Shown here: one piece after another, positions 24,991 to 37,509 of the stretch
How the letters are laid out: each line of letters starts with the position of its first letter
Position numbering within the stretch: the stretch's first letter is position 1
DNA from: Narcine bancroftii
Taxonomy: Eukaryota
Assembly (NCBI RefSeq): GCF_036971445.1
Contig: NC_091469.1
Location: forward strand, 225,494,001 to 225,558,000
Length of the DNA: 64,000 nt
Direction of reading: 5' to 3'
Notes under the pieces: generated by a model
Database searches by the model: none
Told to the model about the DNA's origin: nothing
What the model saw: the letters and a program-made list of their open reading frames with translations, nothing else
Program-made: the position numbers and the translations under genes

Positions 24991-25345
24991 CAGTGGTTCT
25001 CAACCTTTTTTTTCCACTCACATACCACTTTAAGTATTCTCTGTGTCATCATGAGGGATTGCTTAAGGTGGTAAGTGGGTGGAAAGAAAAAGTTTGAAAA
25101 CCACTGTTTTAATTGTACCTAATTGACTCGCTATATGTACGGTTTTGTTAGCTCCAAAGGAAAGGGGCCAATGACAATTTTTCTCAAGAAAAATATTTCA
25201 GTAACAATTGGGTCTAGAGCAGTGATTCTCAACCTTCCCTTCCCACTCACATACCACCTTAAGCAATCCTTTACACAAAGCACTCATGACATAGGGAAAA
25301 CCTAAAGTGATACGTGAGTGGAAAGAAAAAGGTTGAGAACCACTG
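24991..25345. mobile_element. hAT (Charlie-like) MITE made of two TIR-bounded subunits
   Basis: CAGTGGTTCTCAACCTTTTT / AAAAAGGTTGAGAACCACTG TIRs; 8-bp TSD GTGTAGGT / GTGTCGGT. Confidence 0.9.
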
Positions 25346-25959
25346 GTGTCGGTGAACGATTGAATACTGGAAGAAATGATGGGGAGAATAAAATGGGGTT
25401 AGGATCACTCTGAATGGTTGCCTGTGGTTGGCGCAGACTTGAAGGGCCCAGACATCTGTTCCATGTCATAAAACACTGGTTTTAGTAAAATACATGGCAT
25501 TTGGCATCATATTTGTGGCACTTCCACTTTTAAAGATCAGAATGAAGCAAACTTTAATACAGACAAGCATAACCATATTTAACACTGCCATTTCTCATGT
25601 AATGCATAGGCCCCAGGCATGAGAATGCCTGGGGCCCATGCCTGGGGCCTATGTGCACACTTCCAGCAGTGGGTGGCATGCAAATGTCCAGAAAGTTTGG
25701 TAATCTTCATTGTCACTTTAAATTGACCTCTCTTAAAATTTATCATTTAAGGCTTGGGACACTGGACATGAAGTGAAGGTCAGAGTTACATTTTTACAGC
25801 AGTCTCAATCCCACCCACCTACAAAATTTCCAAGAAGCCTTCAGCCTCTTATCTGCCAATCACTCAGCTTTGATTTCTGCTATTGTTGACCTCCTCACTC
25901 TCCATCAAGCCTTAAACAATGGCTCCTTCCTTCCTTGATTATAATGGTCTTCCTCTCGT

Positions 25960-28900
25960 TTTTGAATATTTTATTTAAAATTTTCTCCATAAATGCAGTA
26001 ACCAGAATTATTATAGTAATACAGGTTCCAAAAGAAATAAATCAAGAGTTACATACATGCTAGTATTCATCCCCATTTCAAAACCACTCCCTTCCAAACC
26101 CTCCTCCCTCAAAATAGTTAATATAAAATATATAATATAGCTATAGAAACATAGAAAGAAAAGGAAGAAGAAAGAATTTTTTTCTGAATTGCACAGAGAG
26201 ATGTCATCTAACACGTATATAAAAGTTTTTCAATACAATTCAGAGAAGAATAGAGGCATAAGGACATTATTACAAATTTAAGCCTAATATTTGGGTGTAT
26301 GTGCAAAATTTGGAAAAAAATGAATATTTATTTCTCAAGGTATATGCAATTTTTTCTAAAGGAATAAACTTTGAATTTCTGCATGCCATCTTGGCATACC
26401 TAAAAAGAAATCTGATTTCCAAGTAACTGGAATACATTTCCTTAGCACTTCGAGCACTACTTTAACAAATTCCAATTAATATATTGATAGTTTTAGTTTA
26501 GGCCTTGTTCCTTCAATATTTCCTAATAAAAATAAGGCCAGATTTCACAGAAAAGCAAGTCCTGTAACTTGTTCTAAAAAATTCCATAACTCCACTCAAA
26601 AAGATATTACATAAGGACAAGACCAAGTTGAATGCAAGGAAGTTCCTACATCTTCATCACATCTAAAGCATTGATCAGATAAATCTGATTTTATTCTATT
26701 TCAATTTCTGTGGTGTAAGATAGAGCTGATGTAAAAAAAATTATACTGAATTAATCTAGATCATACATTAATAAGTATGAGGTCGTACAATCCCTATACA
26801 AATCTGCCCATATTTTCTCATCAATTGCAATATTCAGATCTATTTCCCACCTTTGCCTAGATTTATGAACTCTTCTTTTAAAAGTTCCTACTTAAAATAA
26901 AGAGTATATCATAGAAGTCAACATTTTAACAATTCCTCTTCTAATAAGAAGTTCTACTTCAGTACAACATGCTTGGTCCTAACTTATCCCTCAAATATGC
27001 TCTTAGTTGGAAATAACAAAAAGGTTTGTTATGGGTTATACCATATTTATTTCTCAATTGCTCAAATGATATTAATGGGCCCTTTTCGATTAGATCTATC
27101 TAACAATGGATCTAAACAGAAATTAAAATCCCCTCCTATTAAAATATTCTCATGTACCTTTGCAAGATTAAGAAATGTTTCTTGAATAAATTTTCATCAT
27201 CAATATTTGGAGCACACAAATTTTAAAAAGTCCACAATTCACAAAATATTTGGCAGTGTACCATTACATATGTCCCTGCTGGGTCTATCATAACATTTTG
27301 ATTTTTAATTGGTAGATTCTTTTAATCAAAATTGCCAAACCTCTTGCCTTAGAATTAAACGAAGAAGACACTATATGCCCAACCCAAATCCCTTTTTAAT
27401 TTCAAATGTTCTTTCTCAGTTAAATGTGTTTCTTGAAGAAAGGCCACGTCTACTTCCATTTTCTTAATATATGTTAACACTTCTTCCTTTTTATGGTTCC
27501 ATTGAACTCATTAACATTAAAATTTACAAACTTCATTACCTTACTCATCTCATTAAGAATAACCAATCCCCCTCCATTAACTCCCCCCAGCAAGTCTCCT
27601 CTAATTCCAGTAAGTAATATTTCATGTGCCAGTATGCATCTCCTCCAGCAATTCAAATAGAAGAAAAAAGCACAAATTAAAATACAAAGAATATATACTC
27701 TCATACTTATTAACTATACTGATATAAAAGAAAACCCTCCCGATAAGTGCCGTATAAATATACACTACCTCTCACCACTTTATGGGTTGTGACTAAAGTC
27801 ACAAAAGCACACATAATCCCACAGCAATCAGCACTCCCCACTTCTCCCAACTCCCTTGAAACATTAAATACATCAACTTTAATTAACTAATTACCACAAT
27901 TAAAGTAGTTCCCTGGAAATCAAAGAAGAGAGAAGAGAAAAATTAATAATTTACATTTCTTCCATCTTACAGACTTCCCCTTTTCCAGTAATAATGAAAT
28001 AGGGGGGAAAAAAAAGCAAATGGTTCATCCCATCAAAGATACAGTATCTTCTTGGAGCTGCGCTCTAGGGAGACTCCAAGCAAATTCTTCCTCTTAAGCA
28101 AAGTTAGAAAAGAATCTATTCTGGTTTCCAGGCATGAAAATCTTCAAAGTTGCGGGGTAGCGAAGAACAAATTTATAACCTTTTTCATAAAGAACTTTCT
28201 TTGCTGGATTGAATTCTTTCCTGCTCTTCAATAAATCTTCACTTCAGATTGGGATAGAATAAAATTCTGCCTACCTCCCATTGTAATGGGCCTTGCCATT
28301 CCCTTGCCCCTCTCACAGCAAGACTTAAAACCTTCTCTCTGTCTTGATAACGCAGGAACTTAATTAATATAGAACATGGTCTATGATTTGGAAGAAGCCT
28401 TGGTCCCAGACCCTTATGAGCTCTTTCAATTTCAAATGAATTTTCAAAATTTTGCTCTCCCAAAACTTCAGGAATCCAATTTTGGAAAAGAAGTACAAAT
28501 TGCATCTAGACCTTCTTTTCCTTTCGAAAGGTCTACTATTTTAATCTTATTTCTTCTGCTGAAATTCTCCAGTACATCCACTTTTTCTAAAAGCTTTTGA
28601 TTCACTGTAATTAAACTAGTAGTTGTATTTTCTACATTTGATTCTATGTCTTCAACATGTTGCATATCGTCCTGTATTCTTGCAATTTTCTCATCCTTTT
28701 TCTCCAACCTCCATTTTATTCACAACATCTAACATTTATTAGTTTCCCCTTTCATTTCTTCTTTCATTTCAGCCTTCAATCCTTCCCCTTTCATTACTTT
28801 AAACTGATGCATTATAAATGTGGCTAATTCTTCTACTTTAGCCTGTGAAATAATTTTAGTTTCTTCAATTACCTCCTCTTTCTGTTGTTGTTCTTCATCT

Positions 28901-29250
28901 TCAGCCACCGATCCCTCTCTGGAGCCCGACTCTTCTTCTTCAGGTACCAAGGTAGAGGTTCCTGACTTCTCAATACTTTGCTGCCCTACTCCCAGTCATG
29001 CCTTGTGTTTTCCAAAACCGTGCATGTTTGACTTCTCGCGCTCAGTTCCAGGTTCCTCTCTGACGCCATCTCTCCATTGTTGCGGATGGGAGACATCGGT
29101 AGAGGGCCCTTCGAAAGGTTCATTCAATTGGGGGGCAGCCCGAGGACTAGATCCGTACTTCAACATCAAGGGCCTCAGTCTCTTTTTTTCTCATTGGGCT
29201 CCAGACGCAGCTGAAGGTAGTTTATCTTTTTTCCGGAGGCATTTTTAATT
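25960..29250 (-). mobile_element. L1/Tx1 LINE with internal ORF2 deletion (ORF1, spacer, APE start, ORF2 3' part)
   Basis: ORF1 motifs LENFSRRN.IKIV.L, IERAH, IKFLRYQDRE; APE start FVNFNVN..N..IKRKK; ORF2 C-terminal remnant at about 26280-27200. Confidence 0.85.
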
Positions 29251-29252
29251 TA

Positions 29253-31591
29253 AAGTAGATCCTTTATCTGGACATCTAAAATCCGGAAAGCTCCAAAAAC
29301 CGGACTTTTTTGTGGAGCACTTGTTTGGTGACCCGACTCGCGCAGGTATGATGTGGCAACGCTTGAATGGTAGCCCGCTACTTACCGTCAAGTGTCAATT
29401 GTGGCTCAGCAGTGGTAGAGAGAAGCCGTCCATTTGCTGTTCACTGTCTTTATGTTGTTTCTTGTGACTTTGTATCTAAAAATGTGAAAAAGACTTGCAG
29501 AAACCTGAATGGATAATAGCGAGAAAAAGAAAAGGAAACATTTTTTCATTATCAATAACGCAGAAAGTGGAGTTACTACAGAAACTTGATCGTGGTGTGT
29601 CTGTGTGCCGGCTCACTGAAGAGTATGGCATTGGAGTTAGCATTGTGTATGACTTAAGGAAAAGAAGGACAAATTACGGAAGTTTACTAGTAACCGTGAT
29701 GACCACAAACTTATGAAAAATAGGAAAACATAGGGCAAAAAATGAAGATATTGACTGTGTGATGAAAGAATGAATTCAACAACGAAGAAGGGAACATATG
29801 CTGCTTGTTAGTTATGGAACAAGCTAGAATGTATCATAAAGAATTGAACATTGAAGGAGAGTGTCAATATTCAGAAGGTTGGTTGAACAAATTTAAGAAG
29901 CATCATTATGAAGCTGCGGAAAATTACATCGTTGAATTTGCCAAGATCGTATCCGATGAAAACCTTTCTCCTGAACAGATTTACAATGCTGATGAAACAG
30001 ATTTGTACTGGCGCTACGTTCCAAGAAAAACTTTAACATCGGCAGATGACACAGCACCAACAGGTTTTAAGGATGCTAAGGAAAGGTTAACTATTCTTGG
30101 ATGTGTCAATGCAGCAGGCACACACAAGGTGAAGTTGGCAGTCACTGGAAAAAGCCAACGTCCGAGATGTTTGAAAGACGTACTTAATTTACCTGTGCAT
30201 TATTACGCAAACAGGAAAGCATGGGTTACCCGAGAAATATTTTCTGACTGGTTCAATAACCACTTCGTACCAGCGGCACGAGCTCATTGTAGACAAGCTG
30301 GACTGGAAGAAAAGCAAAATTCTATTGTTCCTGGACAACTGCTCTGCACATCCCCCTGCTGAACTTCTTGTGAAAAATAATGTTTTCAGCGTTTACTTGC
30401 CTCCCAATGTGACATCTATTTTACAGCCTTGTGACGAAGGAATTTTACGCTCTCTGAAGAGCAAGTATAAAAATCATTTTATGAACTGTGTGTGCTTGAA
30501 GCAGTCAACAAAGACTTAAGTATGGACTGAAAGAGTTCACTCTTAAGGATGCCATTTACGCAGTTGGTACTGCTTGGAATGATGTTGATAAATCAACACT
30601 AACAAATGCTTGGCACAGAATTTGGCCAATAATGAAGTTTGATGAAAACGATCCTATCGTTGATGAGTTCGAAGGATTTTGTGTCACTGATGAGAAGAAG
30701 ATGATATTAGACCTTCTAACTTATGCTAAAAGTGCATTGGATGGAAGTCTAAGTAAGCTAGAAGAAACGGACATTGAAGAAATGCTAAACATTGACAATG
30801 ATGCATCTGTTGTGCATTCCTTGAGTGATGGGGAAATTGCTGAAATGGTGTTAAGTATGGATAAGAATGAAGGTAAGAATAGTGAACACAGGTGAAAAAA
30901 TTCATCTAGATGATATGGTGAAACTTTGTGATCAGTTAATAGCTGGCCTTAAACAACGTGCATTTATCAGTGAGCAACAGATTATGGGAGTTTACTCAAT
31001 TAAAGAGACATTGCTTAGACAAAAACCAATGCTGATGAGGCAGGTGAGACTTGAAGAAGTCTGTAAAAATGCCTTCTCTCATAGTGCTACTTCATCACTT
31101 AAGAGTCCCATTCCTGACACATCATTGGAAATTTGCCTGCAATCTGATTACGACATTGGTGACTCTGACGGACTCTCTTCCACAGCTCAACTGCAACCAC
31201 ATATTTAGCCTAGTTTGAACAAATGTATGGCTATAGCTTATAAATAAACTGTAATGGTATTTGTATTCTTTTTTTATTCAAATTAGTGTGAATACTCATG
31301 CGTCTCTCTACAGAAATATTGCGGTAATGTTTATACTTATGGATTGTGTATTTTCGTTTCAAATTATCCCACTACAGGTATTTCATTATTCATTGCCAGT
31401 ATATTACTCTATAAATAAATTGTAATAATGTTTTTCCACTGATTGTGAGTATTCATATGTTCTTGCTGCCGTAGTAGGACGTCTGTTTTGATGTCTAGTT
31501 TACAGTCAGTTTTTCGTTCCGAAATCCGGAAAAATCCGAAATTTGGAACATGCTGTCCCCCAAGGGTTCCGGATAAAGGATCGTGTACTTG
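29253..31591 (+). mobile_element. Tigger/pogo-family DNA transposon, near full length, transposase disrupted
   Basis: TIR-like ends (AAGTA..GATCCTTTATCTGG / CCGGATAAAGGATCGTGTACTTG) flanked by TA; CENP-B-type HTH (LSITQKVELLQKLDRG) and DDE motifs IYNADET, LDNCSAH, QPCDEG in shifted frames. Confidence 0.92.
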
Positions 31592-31593
31592 TA

Positions 31594-31716
31594 TTTAAAA
31601 GTATTTTAAAGATATTGATTAATTTAAAACATTAGTTAATTAACACTTTTTAACTAATTTACCAAGGGAATCAGGACCTTATGTGCTGATCCTATGGTAT
31701 CACGTGACATCCCCCC
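31594..31716 (-). mobile_element. Probable 5' UTR of the same L1, displaced by the Tigger insertion
   Basis: Continues the AT-rich leader upstream of the ORF1 ATG (CAT at 29240-29242) and ends in GGGGGATGTCACGTGA on the minus strand. Confidence 0.55.
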
Positions 31717-33189
31717 AATTGTCTTTCTCTCCACCCACCAATAGCAGCCATTCCCTCTTCTCTGTCGCTCGCCCCCCCCCCCCCCCAATTATCAGGGAAT
31801 GATCCTCAGGATTCTGCGCTGAAGTCTTATACTTCTATTTTTGCAATTTGCTTGACTGCCAATGAGAAATGCAAGAATTGAAATGTAGTTCTGCCAACCA
31901 CATCTCTAGCCATACTGGGTTTCACCTGTGCAGTTACCCCAGTCTTGGGCATATCAACTTTACAGATTCTGAAAATAAGAGAAGTACAGGTATGATTTTA
32001 ACCACCCAGGCTTTGATTTAGGGGCAGATATGAAAAGGAAGTAGAGCTAGGGGAATTCAGGACTCCAAGCTCTTGCCAGATCTGGTTCAATATGAATGGT
32101 CAGATAGGGAGGGATAAGTGAGTTGGAAGCCAGGATTTTTCATGGGGTAGAAATTATGGCTTCAGTTTTTCTGTGAATGTTGGAAAATGTTGTCAGCAGG
32201 TAATCCAGCGGATTGGCTATGGTCCTAAGTTTAGATCTAGTGGTGAAGTTGGAGTTTAATGTCAGTATCCACATATTATGTAAATGATGGATAAGGAAAC
32301 CAAAAAAAGCAATGGCAGAACATGGATACCTCCGTTAATCTTTTCTGCTAAGACTCAGGTCCCAGCTTGAACCAGTTGCATTGAGATAGCTCTTGCCTGT
32401 ATGACAGCTATTTCCAGAGCCCCATGAAATAAAAGTCAACTTACCTACACCACTGCTTTAGCTGTGTATTCACTTCCAAATTCTGTTTATCTTTTGCACA
32501 TGACTTAGGTAAAAGCCCAGGCATTATGACATTCTTTAATTTGGTGCTTCCCAAATAGGATGTCTTCATTTCTCTTTTCTACATTCTTTGTTGAAACATA
32601 TCTTCCATCTGCTTTCAGGGAAGCTCAAGATTTCTTTCTCTCTTTTATCATGTAAAGGACATATGATCCTGGAGTTTTGATCAATCTTACAGAGGATTCT
32701 GTCTCCCTAATTACCTCATCACTTTTTTTTCCCTTTCTCCTTTCCCCTCTGGAAGGTTTGCTGTTCAAAAGTGCAATGGTCTGAATCCTAACTTTTTGAC
32801 ACCCTTTACCTCAGTATTTCTGCATACCTCAATCCTCTCCCCCCAGTAGGCTTCCCTTAAGTGTACACTAGTCTGTATCATTAACTCCATTCTTATTCTA
32901 TTCGTCCCTGTCAGAAGTGATGGAGGACTGGTACAATATTTCCAGATAAGGTGTGACAGTAGTCATCAGTTAAGGAACTCAGTGCAGCAGAAAGGAAGAG
33001 AACATGTGATTAATCAGCTGCCCCTCGAAAATATACATCCTTTGCTGGAGATTTAATTGTCAGATCATAAAAATAGGTCAAGATCGAACTTAACCTGTTT
33101 TCTGTGAGTTTTGATGAGTTCAAAGTAAGAACTTTCAATGAGTTCAAAGTCCCTCCTTGAACTGACTTCAAGATTCTCAATACTATCCC

Positions 33190-34900
33190 AAATGTTCCTT
33201 CTTCGCTTCAAGTGGTCATGGGTCAAGGATTGCCAGGAGTCAGTGAGGCTGTGGCAGTTTTCAAGGAGGTTTTAAGCACATCCTTCTGTCTTTTGCTTTG
33301 TCCACTGGTAATGCGTTATCATGGCAGAGTCCAGAGTGCCAGTTTTTGAAATCTGGAGTCAGGTATGCAACCTATATGGCTCGTCAATAGAGCCAACAGA
33401 GTCTAAATCGGGCCTCACTTCCAGGCATGCCAGCACTGGTATTGGTTCATTTATAGATCCAGTGAAGTTGGGGGATTTTGTGGAGACAACACCAATGATA
33501 TTTTTTCATTACCTTCAGCTACTTGCTGTAGATAGACTAGATCTCAGATGCAGAAGGGAAGAAAAGGATCATTGCTGTCCAGGAGATTATGAGTTTTGTG
33601 CCCAGTCTGAGGTCTTAATCTTTAATCTTTTCTTCATTTGAACAAAAGCTGTGCAATGGCATTGAAGGCATTGGTGAGTTTAACTCTTCATTTCTGCCTT
33701 TTCTGAGAGGTGGCTCCCAAGATATGAGAACTGATCCACATTTCCCAGGGTCTTTGTTTTAGGAAGGCATGGTAGTGAGGGGAAAGTTTGTGAGGCTTTT
33801 TGCATTGTAATGTGTGTAAGACCCTTCCCCTCAAATGCTTCAGTGAATGACGTGGAGTACAGCCTTCACTCAAGCATTGTTGGAATTCAGTCACTCAACT
33901 ATTGAGTGATCTTGGTTCTGGTTGGAGTCGCAGTAGGTTGAAAAGTTTCTCATTTGTTCTCAAGATTATTCCACTCCCATGCAAAGCTTGCTAAAAGTGA
34001 GATTCAGAATTAAGGCAGGAAAGATTGTAAACAGCATCGAGACAATTAAGGCACTCTGTTTGAGTCCATTGAGTTTATCTCTGTTGTAGATCCTTGCATT
34101 AGTATGAATGCCGTCATTAATCAAATTGCTGATTAATTTCTATATACCACTGAAATTAAGGAAGATGTTCCAGTCTCTCCCACTGCTGGTGTTGAAGTTT
34201 TCAATTACATAAAAAAAAGGCCGTCTATCTTGATTGGTGTTGCTCTCTGCATTTTTTGTGTCATACTCTGAAAGTCTCTTCTGCTGCTCCAATAGATGGA
34301 TGGAGTCCACACTGGGTCAAGCTGTATGGCCTCTGGGAAGAGGCAATTGAGAAGGATGTTGGTAGTGACTTTACAGATAAAGAATGATGCTGGTCATCTG
34401 GGAACCTGAAGCAACAGTACAATCCAGAATCCAATGGTGATTAGCCAGAGCAGACATCCTTTGGTAGAGATATTACTGAGTAATACATTTGGGGTGAAAC
34501 TAAGGGCGCTAGGATCATGCTTGCAGGTGGGTTCTGGATCCACATAAAATTTCTGAGAGGATATATTTTTAGGTAAGATGGGATGAGGCTTGGTTGCAGC
34601 TGAATCATCTGTTGGACCGTGTGAAAATTTACCATTGGGAAAGATACCAGACAAGGACTAATGATGTGGAAATTTATCTCAGCGTGAACGAATGCCCCCA
34701 GGAGGAAGTAATTTTAGAAAATACAAAGGGGCATGCTAGATCCTTTTCAAGTGCTCTATTGCATTGTTTAGTCAATTGAGGTACAAGTTTTTATTATTTG
34801 TAGTGAGTGTGATGACTGCTTTCATATCATTATAGACTGTTCATGCTGGCTGAACTTTAGTCTTTTGGAGGATAACAGAAGGATCAATAGCTGGACATAA
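33190..34900 (-). mobile_element. Old, heavily decayed RTE-like LINE
   Basis: Scattered RT-region remnants; a related piece recurs at about 38355-38480. Confidence 0.45.
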
Positions 34901-35151
34901 ATAAAGGCAGACAATGGGACTTGTTGGGCAAAAGAAAACTCCCTTGATGAGTTGGGTTGAAAGGAAAGGCGGATGATAAGCAAGAACCAAGACCTTTACC
35001 TTGACTGCAAGTTAACACAACTTATGTCTTGCACCTCACAAAAAGTGAAGTATTCCCATCATCTGCCCTTAGCAGATTTATTAGTTTAATTCATCTAGCC
35101 ATCCTCAACAGTGAGACAATTTAGTAATGTAAATTAATTGAGATAAAAAGA

Positions 35152-35469
35152 TTTCTTTGGCTTGGCTTCGCGGACGAAGATTTATGGAGGGGGTAAAAAG
35201 TCCACGTCAGCTGCAGGCTCGTTTGTGGCTGACAAGTCCGATGCGGGACAGGCAGACACGGTTGCAGCGGCTGCAGGGGAAAATTGGTTGGTTGGGATTT
35301 TTCCTCCTTTGCCTTTTGTCAGTGAGGTGGGCTCTGCGGTCTTCTTCAAAGGAGGTTGCTGCCCGCCAAACTGTGAGGCGCCAAGATGCACGGTTTGAGG
35401 CGAGATCAGCCCACTGGCGGTGGTCAATGTGGCAGGCACCAAGAGATTTCTTTAGGCAGTCCTTGTACA
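35152..35469 (-). mobile_element. RTE-clade LINE 3' fragment (same family)
   Basis: Highly similar to 21475-21792; YKDCLKKSLGACHIDHRQW...IGLVSHKRAC. Confidence 0.92.
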
Positions 35470-35689
35470 TAAGGATAAAAAGGTCTGTTCTGTGATATTT
35501 AGGTTTAAATTTTGCCACTCATTGGTTAAAGAAGTTTCCTATGAATTTCTTCTTTGATTTCTTGATGACAATAATAATGGCTTTCAATGAACCTAATCTG
35601 TGCAAGTGAAAATATTTTCTCTATCAAATCTACCAATACCTTCATACTTGAAGTCACCTCTCAGCCATGTTAGGAGAAAAGAGGCGAAT

Positions 35690-35919
35690 GAAACACGAAA
35701 ATCTGCAAATGCTGTGATTGTAGTAAAACACATGAAATGCTGGAGGAGCTCAGGTGGTCTTTACAGCGTCTATAGGAGACAAAGATATATTGCCTACGTT
35801 TCGGGTCTGAGGCTTTCCTTGAAGAATGGTTCAGGCCCGAAACGTAGGCAATATATCTTTGTCTCCCATAGACGCTGAAAAGACTGCCTGAGTTCCTCCA
35901 GCATTTTGGTGTGTTTTTA
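35690..35919. repeat. Head-to-head Penelope terminal repeats forming a hairpin of about 90 bp
   Basis: Arms at about 35724-35810 and 35831-35919 are reverse complements (for example GGAGACAAAGATATATTGCCTACGTTTCGGG / CCCGAAACGTAGGCAATATATCTTTGTCTCC). Confidence 0.9.
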
Positions 35920-36332
35920 GGATAAAAAGAGCTAGTCGGTTCATTCTCTCCTGGTATGTACTATTGCATGTCTGATATTATCTATATATACCCTCATGTT
36001 TCTGGTATCATCTGCAAGAGTGGTGAAAGAAAATCACTTCATTAAAAATTGTATTGAAATTGGAAGAGCAAACTTAATTTTGTGTAGTCTAGAATCAGAA
36101 ATGGCTAATTTGTACAACAGATGAGTTTCATTGCCCAGTGATGTGTGAACTATTGTCCAAACATAAGAACTGCATTGTGAGTGGAATGAATGTCTTAGTG
36201 TTTTCTGTGTTACATTTCAGATGATTAAAAGCACTGTGGAGCTCAGAAGAATTATCTGGTGAGTTTTCATTTCTCCTTTCTTTGTTCCTGCTAATGCAAT
36301 TAAAATTTAAATTTTACATTTTTAAATTTTAA

Positions 36333-36581
36333 ATTTAGACACACAGCACGGTAACAGGCCATTTCGGCCCGTGAGGCCTTGCCACCCAATTTACACCCCA
36401 TTAACCTACATCCCCAGTACATTTTGAGCAGTGGAAGGAAACTGGAACCCCCCAGGGAAAACCCATGCAGACATAAGGAGAACGTACAAACTCCTTACAG
36501 ACAGCATGGGATTTGAACCCCAGTCCCAATCTCTGGCGCTGTAAAAGCGTTGCACTAACCGCTACGCCAACTGTGCCACCC
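36333..36581 (-). mobile_element. tRNA-derived V-SINE (HE1-like)
   Basis: tRNA-like head with A box and GGGTTCAAATCCC B box; V-domain GGAGTTTGTACGTTCTCC..TGGGTTTTCC; CR1-like tail. Confidence 0.88.
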
Positions 36582-37509
36582 AATTAGTCACCATTTTGTT
36601 TGACTTTATTCTTTCTAAGCATTAGTCTTTTTTAAACAGTTTAGGTCAAGGGATAGTCAGTCATGCAGATCCACTTTTCTTACCAAAGCTAAAGAACATT
36701 AAAACATTATTCTTTGAATGATACAATTAATTTGTCTTACACCTTATTTTGCAGTCATAGTCCGAGAATATTTTGTGCATATTCGTAACTTTATTTAATT
36801 AGAATTTATCCATGTTTATCTCCAAAAATAAATTGTGACTGTGAAGATTTGAACATTATTAACTATTTATGAGATCATTCAATCTTAAACCTATTGTTAA
36901 TTTTCACTAATATCAGTGAACTGGAAACATTCCACTCTATTGTAAGGAACTGCTTTACATCTCAAATTGAACAGACATTGGTAAGTTATCTACCAGGATC
37001 AACAAGCCAATTCCTTTCAGTCCCCTTAAAAACAGGGAAGCTTGGAACAAAATTCTGGTTGTATCATTGGTCTTGGGGCCTAGGGTTGTTGCACAAATCT
37101 TGCCATTAATTTAAAGTTTGTATAATTCACATAGAGTTGTGTATTGAGGGTAGGTCTTAAGGTGAAATGGGAGGATAGCAGAAAAGGGGAGAAAATAACT
37201 GGGGGGGGTCATAATTACTTGCTACAACATCTTACTTTAATCTAGAGCCTTTAACATGGGAAAACATCAAGACTTTGCACAGAGACCTATTCAGACAAAG
37301 ATAGATACTAAGCCTGAGGGGTTTAGAAAGTGAACAGAGCATGGGACTTAGTGACTGAAAGAAAGCATGTATGTCATTGATAGAGAAAAGTGTTGAATTT
37401 TTAGGAGAAAACAAGTTGATGTGGCAGACTGGAGGAATTATCAAGATGGAGGGGACAGAATACTAAGCCAATAATATAAATTTAACAAGCACAAATTTAA
37501 ATTCAAATA

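Noticed and set aside
25604-25655. Small palindrome CATAGGCCCCAGGCAT..ATGCCTGGGGCC as a pre-miRNA
   Set aside because: Short, with a duplicated arm; more like a MITE core remnant.
29495-31208. Domesticated TIGD/JRK-like host gene
   Set aside because: Multiple frameshifts and stops, with TIRs and TA flanks retained: a dead transposon.
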